From the NCBI RefSeq assembly GCF_001194135.2, contig NC_069007.1:1038972-1078666 (forward strand): DNA of 39,695 nt, given 5' to 3'. Source of the DNA: Octopus bimaculoides. Taxonomy: Eukaryota. Under the pieces are notes generated by a model. It ran no database searches, was not told the origin of the DNA, and was given only the letters and a program-made list of their open reading frames with translations. Within the stretch, counting starts at the first letter, position 1. The number at the start of each line of letters is the position of its first letter. Positions 13,984 through 25,548 of the stretch are shown piece after piece. The translations under genes and the position numbers were made by a program.

Positions 13984-14859
13984 TGTTTATGTGCGTGGAT
14001 GTGTAATTATGTACACATATACAGAGAAGGAGAGAGAGAGATAGAAAGTTATCTCCTCGCTTTATGATCACTTGTTCCGATGTTAATTACCTCGCAAGAA
14101 GCCATTTACTGGTGATGTTTTCTATGTGTTCCAATCTTTGTACATTTATATGTATATAAACAATGGCGACTTCTTATGACAGTCTTTCCCTCTCACTCGC
14201 ATTGCTGTTGTTTATCTTCAAACCATATAAGATCATGAGCGTTCTAGCCACGACCAATCGTCCACCATCTTACTAGGCATGTGTATCTGTAATCGTATCA
14301 TTTTACGACATTTTTGCCTGTTATCTTTAGAAAGCAGCTTGCGTTTGATTTAACTGTGACTTGACTGCTATTTTTAGCGAAAGGCGATACAAGCACCTAC
14401 GTTTCCGTTAATACCTTATGTAGAGGATTTTAAAATAGAAATTCGTCAAACGATTAAAACAAAAGCTTTTCGGTTTGGTAGTCACGTGTCTGGAACTAAT
14501 CTGAATAAATAAATGTTGTAGAAAAATTGTAAGCAAATAACCAGTTTTCAGCATCATAATGATAATTACGCATATGATGGCTTTAATTGTCACAGGGTTA
14601 CATACATTGTTACACTCTCAAATGGATTTAATCGGTCCGCGGAACTGTGTGCTACTTAATTATATCCGCATTGGATAGAGACGAACTGTAAAAGGAGGAA
14701 CTTTTCTTCAGCAGAATTTTAAGTAAATCTGGTGAACGCAGTATCACCAAATATTTCATAACAATAGAATCTTACCAAGTAACTAAAATACGAATTGTAT
14801 CTAAAATATTCTGTTAATCAATGAATAATGTCGATAAAAAATAACTCTAAACCACAGAT

Positions 14860-15610
14860 ACAACGTGTCAGACGCAGAGCCCTGAACGAGCATTACATGA
14901 AGAATAAAAGCATCTCAAGAAATATGTATATCATAAATGAAATGGTCTGTCAGAGTCCATGATATTTAGAATACGATAGAAGTTATCAGGTAACAGTGAG
15001 GTCAAATTTTGTCACGAGGAAAATAATTTGGGGTGTGGATATGGGTGTGGGTGGAGGTGAGGGGGCATGTGGGAGTGGGGTGTGTTGGAGTAGGATGTGG
15101 GTGGAGAGTATTTCAATGAAGAGAGAAAGTGGGTAAGAGTGATGAGAGGAAGTAGGTATCAGAGCAGGAGAGGGGAGGTGGGTAGAAGTGAAGAGAGGAA
15201 TTAAGTGTCAGACGAAGAGAGTAGGGGAGATGAGCCGATGAGGGGCAAAGGAGCGAAGCGAGAAGATTAAATTCTTGTTCACGATGAAGGCGGGAGTCCG
15301 GATGGCCCCTGTGCACAGACACTCCGAACACAAATGTGTTGTAGTGAATGACCAGTAGAGTGGAATTGTGGCGAGATCGGGCTGTCATTGCCGAGTCTGA
15401 TGTCTCGGAGGTACTCCGCGAACCGGTGAGCCAAGCGGCGTCTCGTTTGACCGATGTACAGAGAAGGGCAGAAAGAGCAGGAGATGCAGTAAATGACGTT
15501 GCTAGAAGTGCAGGTGAAAGAGCCGGTGATATGATAGGGTCGATGATGGGTGCCTGTGAGGATGGTGGTGTTCAACAGCGTAGGCAGGACGTCGATGCTA
15601 AGAGAGCCTA
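14860..15610 (-). mobile_element. Penelope-like element 3' fragment: GIY-YIG endonuclease pseudo-ORF plus C-rich 3' region
   Basis: ORF 15279-15638(-) encodes HITGSFTCTSSNVIYCISCSFCPSLYIGQTRRRLAHRFAEYLRDIR (VIY...YIG motif with CxxC). It continues after a frameshift as VHRGHPDSRLHREQE (ORF 15113-15388). No RT portion is present. Confidence 0.85.
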
Positions 15611-15654
15611 CAATACATTTTCCACGGATCATTTTCACACTATAGGTACACTGC

Positions 15655-15752
15655 CTAGGAAGGTTTTGAGAGTAAGCGGCGGGGCAATTATATCGATGCC
15701 ACTGCTCAATTGGTATTTATTTCATTGATCCCGAAAGAATGAAAGGCAAATC
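15655..15752 (-). mobile_element. SINE family A, 3' half
   Basis: Reverse complement GATTTGCCTTTCATTCTTTCGGGATCAATGAAATAAATACCAATTGAGCAGTGGCATCGATATAATTG matches the family A body. Confidence 0.7.
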
Positions 15753-15984
15753 AAAACTGAGAAGAAAATATATATCGAACGACTGCTCGACGATTAAAAT
15801 CTGGATGAAGTGAACTTAATTTTATTTTCTCGAATTAAAAATAGATGCGTCCAATTCTACAACATATAATTGAAACATTAATAATAACTGCATAAATTCA
15901 TCTAAAGCGTTCCCTGCAATTATCCATGAGGAAGCGTCATACAAATGGCTTATTTAAGCATGGATTATATATATACGTATATTA

Positions 15985-16026
<42 letters not shown>

Positions 16027-16241
16027 NNNNNNNNNNNNNNNNNNNNNNNNNNNNNNNNNNNNNNNNNNNNNNNNNNNNNNNNNNNNNNNNNNNNNNNNNN
16101 NNNNNNNNNNNNNNNNNNNNNNNNNNTACAAGTATATATATACAAGTATATATATACATGTATATATATATATATATAAATATGTATATGTATATATATA
16201 TATATGCATATGTATATGTATATATATATATATGTATATAT

Positions 16242-16294
<53 letters not shown>

Positions 16295-17109
16295 TAGATA
16301 GATAGATATAGAGAGAGAGTGAGAGAATGTGTTTGTCAGAGTGTGTTTATATATGTTTGTGTGTAGGTGTGTCGGTCTACTTAATGTGATTTTTTATTCT
16401 GTTTAACACTTCTCCGACTAAATGCACATTAGCTACAAACGCATTAGCTGCCGGAGACATTTCACTGAATCCTAATTTTCAAATCGAACCAATCGAAATT
16501 CCATCGTTTACATTGCTATCAGCACTGTCGTAATAATAATAATAGTAATAATGATGATGACGATGATGATGATGATGATGATGATGNNNNNNNNNNNNNN
16601 NNNNNNNNNNNNNNNNNNNNNNNNNNNNNNNNNNNNNNNNNNNNNNNNNNNNNNNNNNNNNNNNNNNNNNNNNNNNNNNNNNNNNNNNNNNNNNNNNNNN
16701 NNNNNNNNNNNNNNNNNNNNNNNNNNNNNNNNNNNNNNNNNNNNNNNNNNNNNNNNNNNNNNNNNNNNNNNNNNNNNNNNNNNNNNNNNNNNNNNNNNNN
16801 NNNNNNNNNNNNNNNNNNNNNNNNNNNNNNNNNNNNNNNNNNNNNNNNNNNNNNNNNNNNNNNNNNNNNNNNNNNNNNNNNNNNNNNNNNNNNNNNNNNN
16901 NNNNNNNNNNNNNNNNNNNNNNNNNNNNNNNNNNNNNNNNNNNNNNNNNNNNNNNNNNNNNNNNNNNNNNNNNNNNNNNNNNNNNNNNNNNNNNNNNNNN
17001 NNNNNNNNNNNNNNNNNNNNNNNNNNNNNNNCTTTTGCCGATTCAATGCGGTTATTCCCTTAATGAATTAATGAATGAAATTTTTCTTCGCTGCCTCCCT
17101 TTGCTTTAG

Positions 17110-17142
17110 TCAAATGAAACTTCGACTCTTTTGAGAAATTTG
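17110..17142 (+). CDS. candidate 33-nt internal exon (SNETSTLLRNL), host gene unknown
   Basis: Long polypyrimidine tract TTTTTCTTCGCTGCCTCCCTTTGCTTTAG, a 33-nt segment open only in phase 0, then TTG|GTAAAT. No homology recognised and no partner exon identified. Confidence 0.25.
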
Positions 17143-17304
17143 GTAAATGCAGAATGGCAAACTGCTTCTGCAATTGAAACATTTCTCTCATTAAAACTGT
17201 GAGCATCTGAGCTTCGTCCGTTTACTTCCCACAACCTTCTCCTCGCGTCTCTGAGCAATAAAGAAACTACGACCACCGCCAAACAGTAAGGTTTGGAATA
17301 TCAT

Positions 17305-17512
17305 AATCAGCAAGGCCAGCAAGATTAGCGAGGATATATGTCGATAACATCGACCCCAGTGCGTGAGTGGTACTTATTTTATTGACGCCGAAGCGATGAA
17401 AGGCAGAGTAGACCTCAGCAGAATTTGAACGCATATTGGAGTTTAAAAGACGGACGAAATACTGCTAAGCATTTTGTCCGGAGTGCTAACGTTTCTGTCT
17501 GCGCACCACCTT
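17305..17512 (-). mobile_element. SINE family A, near full length
   Basis: Reverse complement: AAGGTGGTGCGCAGACAGAAACGTTAGCACTCCGGACAAAATGCTTAGCAGTATTTCGTCCGTC...GTTCAAATTCTGCTGAGGTCTACTCTGCCTTTCATC...AAGTACCAC...TGGGGTCGATG. Confidence 0.8.
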
Positions 17513-17955
17513 ATTCCAGAAGATATCGCACACTGGGCGTGGGGTGCAACAAGAATCAAAACTCATGCTTTTTGTGCTACGGATGTGTGACAAAAGAAGA
17601 AATGTGCGTTTTGGGAAAGATTTAGGCAACTTCCTTTCCTAACCAGTAGCATATTTTAGCTGTTTCACAAAGCTGTCATAAATTAAGCTAGCACATAAGT
17701 GCTTTAACTAATTTGCATATTTCTCCTTTTACAGATTCTGCATTAATTAAAGAATCTATTTTATGGAAGCTATTTTGTACAAAGAAAAAATTTCGTTTAA
17801 TTACTGGCATTTTTAACCAAATTTTCATCTCAGCATCTTAGATGTCAGTCATCATCTTTTGTTGATTCACACATAGATACCCACATACGTATACATGGAT
17901 ACATACACACATAAACACACATATATATATATGTGCATGTGTGTGTATGAGTGTG

Positions 17956-17999
<44 letters not shown>

Positions 18000-18275
18000 C
18001 TTTGACATTTATCACGTAGGGGTACCGTATCAAAGCACAGAGGATACGATCTCAAAGTTGTCGTAGAGAGAAGATAAGCGTTAATGCAGTGTAATAGGTT
18101 AGTGAATCGTCCATTAGCAAACTGCTTCACCTCGAATGCGTTTCTTATCTCAATCTATATTGCCATCTTTAAAAGCATAAAAGTATGGTGTTGAAAACAG
18201 ATCAATGTGTGTGAACTGAAACATCTACACGTGAAACTGTTCCGTAATGGACGAATACTTAATGAGTTATACTGG

Positions 18276-18316
<41 letters not shown>

Positions 18317-18354
18317 CATACAGACAAACACATATTAAGACACACATAAACACA

Positions 18355-18395
<41 letters not shown>

Positions 18396-19199
18396 GTGTG
18401 TGCACGTATTTATCATTAGATAAAGAGAGAAACAGAAAAGCAGGAAGGCAAGAATGACTGAATGAGTTTGCTTTCTTCATTTCCTGTTCTACCTACTCCT
18501 TGTTCTTTATTCTCCAACTCCTTTTTTTTTCTCTCCTTCTACTAACAAAACCTAGATATTTCTAACTATTTCTATTTTCAGCAATATCGAACATCATCAT
18601 TTCTACTACTTCACTCGAAATATCAATCACTGGTAAAAAATAACAAAAAATTCTTCCTCGATATTAAAATGTTTTAAGTCATATTTTTGAAAAGAGAAAG
18701 ATAGAAAAATAAAAACGCAAACCAAAAAATGGAATGAAAACAGTGAGATAGGAAAACGAAGAAAATGAAAAAACGAAATTTAGGTTTGTAGTAGTAATGA
18801 TGTTAATAATACTTGTTAATTAATTAGAAATGCTCACACGAATGCTATTCCAGTAAAACAGCTGTTACTATATATAACCTCATCTGACGTCTTTAAACCG
18901 TAAGAACATTGCCGTTTCATATTTTAGGCAAAACAAGAGGATTCTGTAGCGTCATCCGAATTCTGTTTTCGTTTTTCCATTCTCTGTCTTTCTCTCTTTC
19001 ATCTTCTCTCTCTCTCTCTCTCTCTCTCTTTGTTGACAAGGAATGGTATTCGATCTTCATTAGTAAGATTCGTTGCTTTCAATAAGTGTGAAAGGTGCAG
19101 GAGAGAGAGGGAGATGTAGGGAGAAAGGATGTGAAAGAGAGAGAGCGAGAGAGAGAAAGCGAGAGAGGCAATAAGAAAGAGAAAAGGGGTAAGAGTGAT

Positions 19200-19230
<31 letters not shown>

Positions 19231-19289
19231 TAAATAAAGAGAAAGGTAGTGAAGGCAATGAGATACAAAATATGAGAGAGAGCAAATTT

Positions 19290-19500
19290 ATATCGCCATA
19301 GAAAGAGGATGAGAGAGAGAAAGACAAAGAGAGAGAAAGACGAAGAGAGAGAAAGACAAAGAGAAAGAGAGAAAGACGAAGAGAGAGAAAGACGAAGAGA
19401 GAGAAAGACGAAGAGAGAGAAAGACAAAGAGAGAGAGAGAAAGACAAAGAGAGAGAGAGAGAAAGACAAAGAGAGATAGAGGAAGAGAGAGAAACTGAAG
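19290..19500 (+). repeat. polypurine minisatellite, ~16-nt unit GAGAGAGAAAGAC(A/G)AA
   Basis: Directly visible tandem units, embedded in a longer GA-rich tract (~19095-19500). Confidence 0.9.
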
Positions 19501-20154
19501 TAGGACACACATGCAAATACATGTACACATAGACATTCACACACACACACACACACATACACACAAACAAACACGCACAGAGAATCACACTCACACATAT
19601 ATGTACGTACATGTCAGTAGAGGGAGAGAAATAGATAGAGAGGAGTGAAAACATAATGACAGCCATTAGAGAGACTTATAAGGAAACTAAGAGGGAGAAA
19701 AAGAAGGAAATAAAGAGAGAGATAGATAAATAGATAGATAGTGTGAGAAGAGGAGAGGCAAGAAAGCAGTTTCAATTAGCTGACCAAATATAAAGAGGAA
19801 TATTTCGAGAAATCCATTCATTTCTCGAGGCTTTGGTAGTTGCAAAGAAATCTGCCGCCAACCAACTTGTGGAAGTTGGCCTCAAGACCTGAAGATCTTT
19901 GGAATCAGAATATTGTGAACAAGATTCAAAGTACCAGAATGGATTTCTTTTTCGCTGATATCTCATGATCTAACCGTGAATAATATGCCCAGTGGACAGT
20001 ATTGTGGAAGCTGTGAATATTTTCAGACATTAGAATTCTTGTACTGAAGATTCAGTTACTGCTGTTTACAGCAGATAACCAACAGGAATTTGCGCAATAA
20101 CAGACATAGCTCTCAGTTACCTCTCTCACTAAGCCTCGCCCCAGGCCATTTTCG

Positions 20155-20391
20155 TCTTTGATAGCGTATAATCCGGGGTCGACCTACGCCAACCTTTGTC
20201 AGTGAAAGCGTGTAAAAACAAATTGTGCTGAAGACAATGGTATCTTCGTAATTGTTATTGAGCGGGATCCATCTTCTTTGATAGTATAAAATCTACAGTT
20301 GACCTCAGCCAACTTTTGTTAGTTAATCCGTGCAGAAGGAAATTGTGCTGAAGTCTGTGGTATTTTCTCTAATTGTTATTGAACGGGTCCC
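20155..20391. repeat. degenerate tandem duplication, period 120 bp (2 copies)
   Basis: Shared anchors recur exactly 120 nt apart: TCTTTGATAG (20155/20275), GCCAAC, AAATTGTGCTGAAG (20220/20340). AATTGTTATTGA..GGG follows, shifted by one base in copy 2. Confidence 0.85.
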
Positions 20392-21139
20392 CACTTTAAT
20401 TGTACGGGTGAACACCGCCATCAGACCGTTTCGCGTCAACAAATGAAAATTCACAGGACGTTCAGCTTGCTAGAAATAGCAGCCGAATTACTGTAAAGTT
20501 ACACTGTATAGTGATATGTATATTTCTCTTCTGTTTGTGATTCTTAAAATTCTTCCTCTGAGAAAAGAGTTGAAATCTAACAAAGATACAAACCCCTGTC
20601 TTTGGAGTGTAGATAACGAAAACAGTGGCACATATTAAAACTATGGAAAGGCTTGCATATTTTTATTGTTCCATTTCTTGATTGTATTTGTAATGTGCAA
20701 TTTTGGATGACATCTTTCTCTGAAAATTCGAGCGTAGTCAGACTATATGTATGCATGTATGTATGCATGTATGTATTTATATATGTATGTATGTATGTAT
20801 GTATATATATATATATATATATGTATGTTTGTATGTTTGTGTATGTGTGTGCGTGTGTTTATATGTATATAGGCATTCCTGTCTGTGTGTCTATGGGTGT
20901 GAATGTATGGTTGAAAAGACCAGCGAGAGTGGCCTGTACATGCTTCACAGATAAGTGACAGACATAGCAGCAAAATTCTCCCTCAAATCACCATTATCTT
21001 GCGTTTGTGTATACGTATGTGTGTGTATCTACGCAAGTATGTGGACATGGCCAGTGTGTCATCTCAATGGTAATATTTATCTGTATATGTGCGTGTAAAT
21101 ATGAAAAAATATATTGTTTTGTATTTGTAATCTCACACT

Positions 21140-21175
<36 letters not shown>

Positions 21176-21404
21176 GCACACAATCAAATTTTAATGAATG
21201 TACATATTGAAGTATATGGTGGTCTTGATGTAAGTAAGTATTGTTATCTATACAAATATTTATGTTTTAATTCTTTGATCTCACATCATCCCATGTCTAG
21301 TATCATTACGTCTCTGTTAAAATTTTATGAATCTGTTATTTAAAGGTAAGGATAAAGTTTATGCCTTGTGCCTGGCAGAGAAAATATTGCCATTCGTCAT
21401 TTCG

Positions 21405-22300
21405 AAGTTGATAAAATAAGGCCAGTTGAACATTGGTTCGATCTAATCGACTATCCCACCTCCTCAAAAATCGCTAGCCTTCTACTAAAAGTTTGAAGTC
21501 TCTATTATTATCATTACTATTGTTGTTGTGGCGATCTGGCAGAATCGTTAGCATGCTGGGCGAAATGCTTAGCGGTATTTCGTCCGTCTTTACGTTCTGA
21601 GTTCAAATTCCACTGAAGCAGACTTTCCCTTTCAGGGTCTATAAATTAAGGACTTGCGAAACCCTGGGCTCGACGTAATCTACTAGTCCCCACTCCCACC
21701 AAATTGCAGGCCTTGTGCCTATAGTAGAAATGATTATTCTTCTTATCATTATCATTATTATTATTAAGGTGGAGAGCTGGCGGAATCTTTAGCATGCTGG
21801 ACGAAAGGTTTAGCGGCATTTTATCCGTCTTTAAGTTCTGAGTTCAAATTCTGCCGAGGTCAACTTTCACTGTCATCTTTTCGGGGTCAATGAAATAAGT
21901 ACTTAGGAAACACTGGGTCGATGTATCCACTAGTCTCCTCCACCAAAATGTCTGCCTTTAGTCGAAAGTATTATTATTATTATTATAATTATTATTATTA
22001 TTATTATTATTATCGTTCGCCTTCACGTTCTGAGTTCAAATACCACAGAAGTCGACTTTGCCTTTCATCTTTGCAGAGGGCGATAAAATAGGTACCAGTT
22101 GCGTACTGGGGTCGATTTAATCGACTTAGCCCCCACTCGAAAGTGTTAGCCTTGTGCAAAAATTAAAATCATTATCATTATTGACGTTCATCTTTTCGAG
22201 GCTGTTAAATATAGAACCAGTCAAGTACTGGTTGTTACTAAGGGAAGTACTGTCCCCTCCGCTCAAAACTGCTGGCTGGAGGCGCAGATTTGAAACAATT
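21405..22300 (+). mobile_element. head-to-tail array of five family A SINE copies separated by (TTA/TCA)n tails
   Basis: Approximate copies: 21405-21505 (3' half), 21527-21735 and 21768-21975 (full length, with TGGCAGAATCGTTAGC A-box region and GAGTTCAAATTC B-box), 22016-22165 and 22185-22300 (5'-truncated). All are in the same orientation. Confidence 0.8.
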
Positions 22301-22349
22301 CTATTTACGTGAAGAATTCTGCTTAATTTGCAATTAACCTTCAATGTAC

Positions 22350-22420
22350 CTCGTCCCACGATCGAACACAAAAACGAGTGTCTTTGAAGCGATTCTTTAA
22401 ATACACGGCTATTCCAGCAC
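22350..22420 (-). CDS. candidate 71-nt internal exon ((G)AGIAVYLKNRFKDTRFCVRSWDE), host gene unknown
   Basis: CTTGTTACAG acceptor and GAG|GTACAT donor. The phase 1 to phase 0 frame is open and protein-like; a second frame (CWNSRVFKESLQRHSFLCSIVGR) is also open. No family recognised. Confidence 0.25.
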
Positions 22421-23325
22421 CTGTAACAAGCACGAAATATCTTCTTTACATTGGAAATTGTTAAAGGGCTGGAATATTCCACAGAATGAGTCAGAGAAAA
22501 GAACAACCAGCGTAGATTAAGGCAATCCCAGTAATCGCATTTTAAAAGCCCGCCGACAGTGAATGGCTTTCAATTTTCTTCATTATTTTTTTCTATTTCA
22601 TTTAATATTTCGTTTTGTTTTCTAATTTTGTTTTACTATATCAAATCTTGATTGTTGTTCTTTTATAATCTTTTGAGAGCAGAATACTTACAAATGCCTG
22701 CTGTTTAAATGAATCTGTCAAAATCATCTTATAGATTGAGTTATTTGCCTAAAGGTAACTTGCTTATTTCAAAGTAATAAAAAAAAAAAAAAAATACAAA
22801 GCAAGCGAAAAACAATGGAAAGCATTTAAAAATAAAAACAAGACCTAAAACGACATACGTTGTGTGAATGTATGGAAAATATTAAAAGAAAAAAAATAGG
22901 AAAAAAAGGAACTAGTCTTGAAAAAGATCATCAGAAACTACGAAATAGACCATACATATTCTACTCTCTAATATAATGACTTCTGTTTCGCTAGCTCCCA
23001 CTCTTTGTCTGTCGGTCTTTCTTTCTTTCATAAGATGTCAGCAACTTCTGCTTTATTACTCCATTCGTTTATGTAGATTATTTCATATGCCCAAGGTCGT
23101 GAACATCTGTTAAAAATAGCAAATCATAAAAAAAGAAACGTAGCTGGTTCTAATTACGTTCTCAGATTTTTGTTATTTTTAAGATGCTCATCGCTAACCA
23201 AGTCTGGACTACAAATATCTAGGTGTTCCATTCCTGGGTAGGTCTTATAAAAATCTCAAGCATATTTGTAACACGTGTACCTATACACATACATACGTTC
23301 TTACATATAAATATACACATATAAA

Positions 23326-23372
<47 letters not shown>

Positions 23373-23767
23373 NNNNNNNNNNNNNNNNNNNNNNNNNNNN
23401 NNNNNNNNNNNNNNNNNNNNNNNNNNNNNNNNNNNNNNNNNNNNNNNNNNNNNNNNNNNNNNNNNNNNNNNNNNNNNNNNNNNNNNNNNNNNNNNNNNNN
23501 NNNNNNNNNNNNNNNNNNNNNNNNNNNNNNNNNNNNNNNNNNNNNNNNNNNNNNNNNNNNNNNNNNNNNNNNNNNNNNNNNNNNNNNNNNNNNNNNNNNN
23601 NNNNNNNNNNNNNNNNNNNNNNNNNNNNNNNNNNNNNNNNNNNNNNNNNNNNNNNNNNNNNNNNNNNNNNNNNNNNNNNNNNNNNNNNNNNNNNNNNNNN
23701 NNNNNNNNNNNNNNNNNNNNNNNNNNNNNNNCTTTTGTTTCCATAAAAAGAGACAAAAATTATTTCT

Positions 23768-23804
<37 letters not shown>

Positions 23805-23972
23805 TGAGAGAGAGAGAGAGAGAGTGAGAGAGAGAATATGGAGTGATAACTGCGCTTGCGCGGTGGATTTGAAACTTTTAAATGTATCAAGACTGTTCAT
23901 GTGTTTACGTTCCTACCACATCATTCCGAATTCAGGCTTACTGCCTAACACCTCCGGCGAATGTCTTTTACA

Positions 23973-24060
23973 ACAGAACACGCAGTCCGGTCCGGGAATC
24001 GAACCCACGACCTCACGATCGTAAGCTCGATGCTCTAACCACTGAGCCATGGGCCTTCAC
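23973..24060 (-). mobile_element. tRNA-like SINE head (family D)
   Basis: Reverse complement GTGAAGGCCCATGGCTCAGTGGTTAGAGCATCGAGCTTACGATCGTGAGGTCGTGGGTTCGATTCCCGGACCGG has strong Pol III A and B boxes, but the acceptor stem cannot pair. Related heads occur at ~29250 and 34768. Confidence 0.75.
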
Positions 24061-24221
24061 ACATATACCCGTAACCTTATAGTTTCGAAGCAAACTTTTA
24101 ATAGCACAATCATATCTCTTTCTCCCGGCCATTTCTTCGCGCTTGAACCGTAAATCCCTACACATTTTTTTTTGTATCTTTGTTTACCTTTTTTCATTCT
24201 GTTTCTTAATCCTTCTTAATC

Positions 24222-24257
24222 CTTTCTATCGAAGATTGCTGCATTGAAACGTCGAAG
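24222..24257 (+). ncRNA. degenerate minimal type-I hammerhead ribozyme-like motif
   Basis: CTTT-CTATCGA-A-GATTGCTGCATT-GAA-ACGT-C-GAAG. Helix I CTTT/GAAG with one G-U, palindromic ACGT linker, core heavily mutated. Same family as 28406-28442. Confidence 0.4.
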
Positions 24258-24339
24258 AACTTTCCATTCTTCTCGAGCATTAAACTAATACATTTACTTG
24301 TTCATTTGTCTTCCTATTTTTGTTCTCTGTAAATTTGAA

Positions 24340-24375
<36 letters not shown>

Positions 24376-25512
24376 ATGTATGTATGTATGCGGAAATAGA
24401 CTGGTAAATAGATAAACAGGGACAGATAGAAACGAGAGAGAGAGAGAGAGAGTGTGTTGGACAGAGAGATAGGTATAGGAAAAATGATTGAATATATTCA
24501 CCAGGAATTTTACAGTTTAACCAAAGTATTCATGCAAGTGTTGTTCCTCTCCTTCTTCTACATTATCTTTCTCTTTCTCTTTCTGTCAATATCTCCAATA
24601 GAAAATAAAAACAGGAAAAGCAAGAGTGCAAAGGAAAAAGGACAAACAGGAGGAGGAGAACGAAGAATAGGAAAGAGAAGAAGAAGAAAAGAAGAAAAAG
24701 AAGACCAACAACAACAAAGAAAAACAATACAGGAGAATATGATGGAGAAATGCAAGAAAAGCGACAATAAGTGACAACTTTCGTAATGATGATAATAATA
24801 ATAATAAGAAGAATTGGAAGTAATGGCGAGAAAATAACGAAGAGAGAAATGACGGCGAGAAAAGAAAGAAATAAAGAATTTCTGAGATAAGAAGCTGAAA
24901 ATTTTGGAGAAGTGTCAGAAGGTTTGTTTACCGTTTCCAAGTGCCAAGGTGTTGTTGGCTGGAGATGTTATTTTAACTTTATACTTATTGACTTTGATCG
25001 ATTAGCACCAGTAGAAATTGGTTAAGGTTATGAAAGTGTCCGTTGATTTGAGGCAGAGATATGGAATTGGTAAATGTCTTGGAGAGAGAGATAGAGAGAG
25101 AGAGAGAGGGAGGAGGAAGAGAGACAGACAGAAAGCGGTACAGAAAGAGAGGGTGTGTGAAATATGTGTGTATTTGTGTGTGTGTGTGCGTACGGGTGTA
25201 TTTGTATGTGTATTTCTGCGGCTGTGTGTGTGCTTGTGCATTTATGCATGTGTGTGTGTGTGTGTTGGTTTCCGTGTTTTTGTCAGTTTCCCCGTGCGTT
25301 CCAGCTTGGGTGTGTGTTATTGTAGTTGTCAGTATTGTGTGAATGCGTGAATGTGTGTGTGTGGTTGTGTGTGTGTTTGTGTTTGTGCGTTTGCGCGAGT
25401 TTCTGTGTCGCCAAAGGAATTGAATAAACTAGAACGTGGTGGATGAGTGCGGATGGGGGTTGGATATCGCCGACCAAATATCCCACAACTAAAACTAAGG
25501 TCAGATTATTGC

Positions 25513-25548
<36 letters not shown>

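Noticed and set aside
15348-15728. 126-aa plus-strand ORF (MTSRVELWRD...)
   Set aside because: Antisense shadow of the Penelope GIY-YIG frame, running into a SINE.
18850-18895. Minus-strand CAGATGA...GTAACAGCTGT, a hammerhead-like remnant with an 8-nt palindrome
   Set aside because: Both core boxes are mutated and no helix I or II pairing remains.
19770-20060. Possible reverse-transcriptase domain remnant
   Set aside because: No intact RT motif is recoverable in any frame; impression only.
20422-20445. Minus-strand CGC-GAAA-CGGT-CTGATG-GCG (type II hammerhead order)
   Set aside because: Only 4 nt lie between GAAA and CTGATG, leaving no room for helices I and III.
23973-24060. Apparent tRNA gene
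   Set aside because: A and B boxes are present but the acceptor stem cannot pair, and the sequence continues as a SINE head seen elsewhere in the window.
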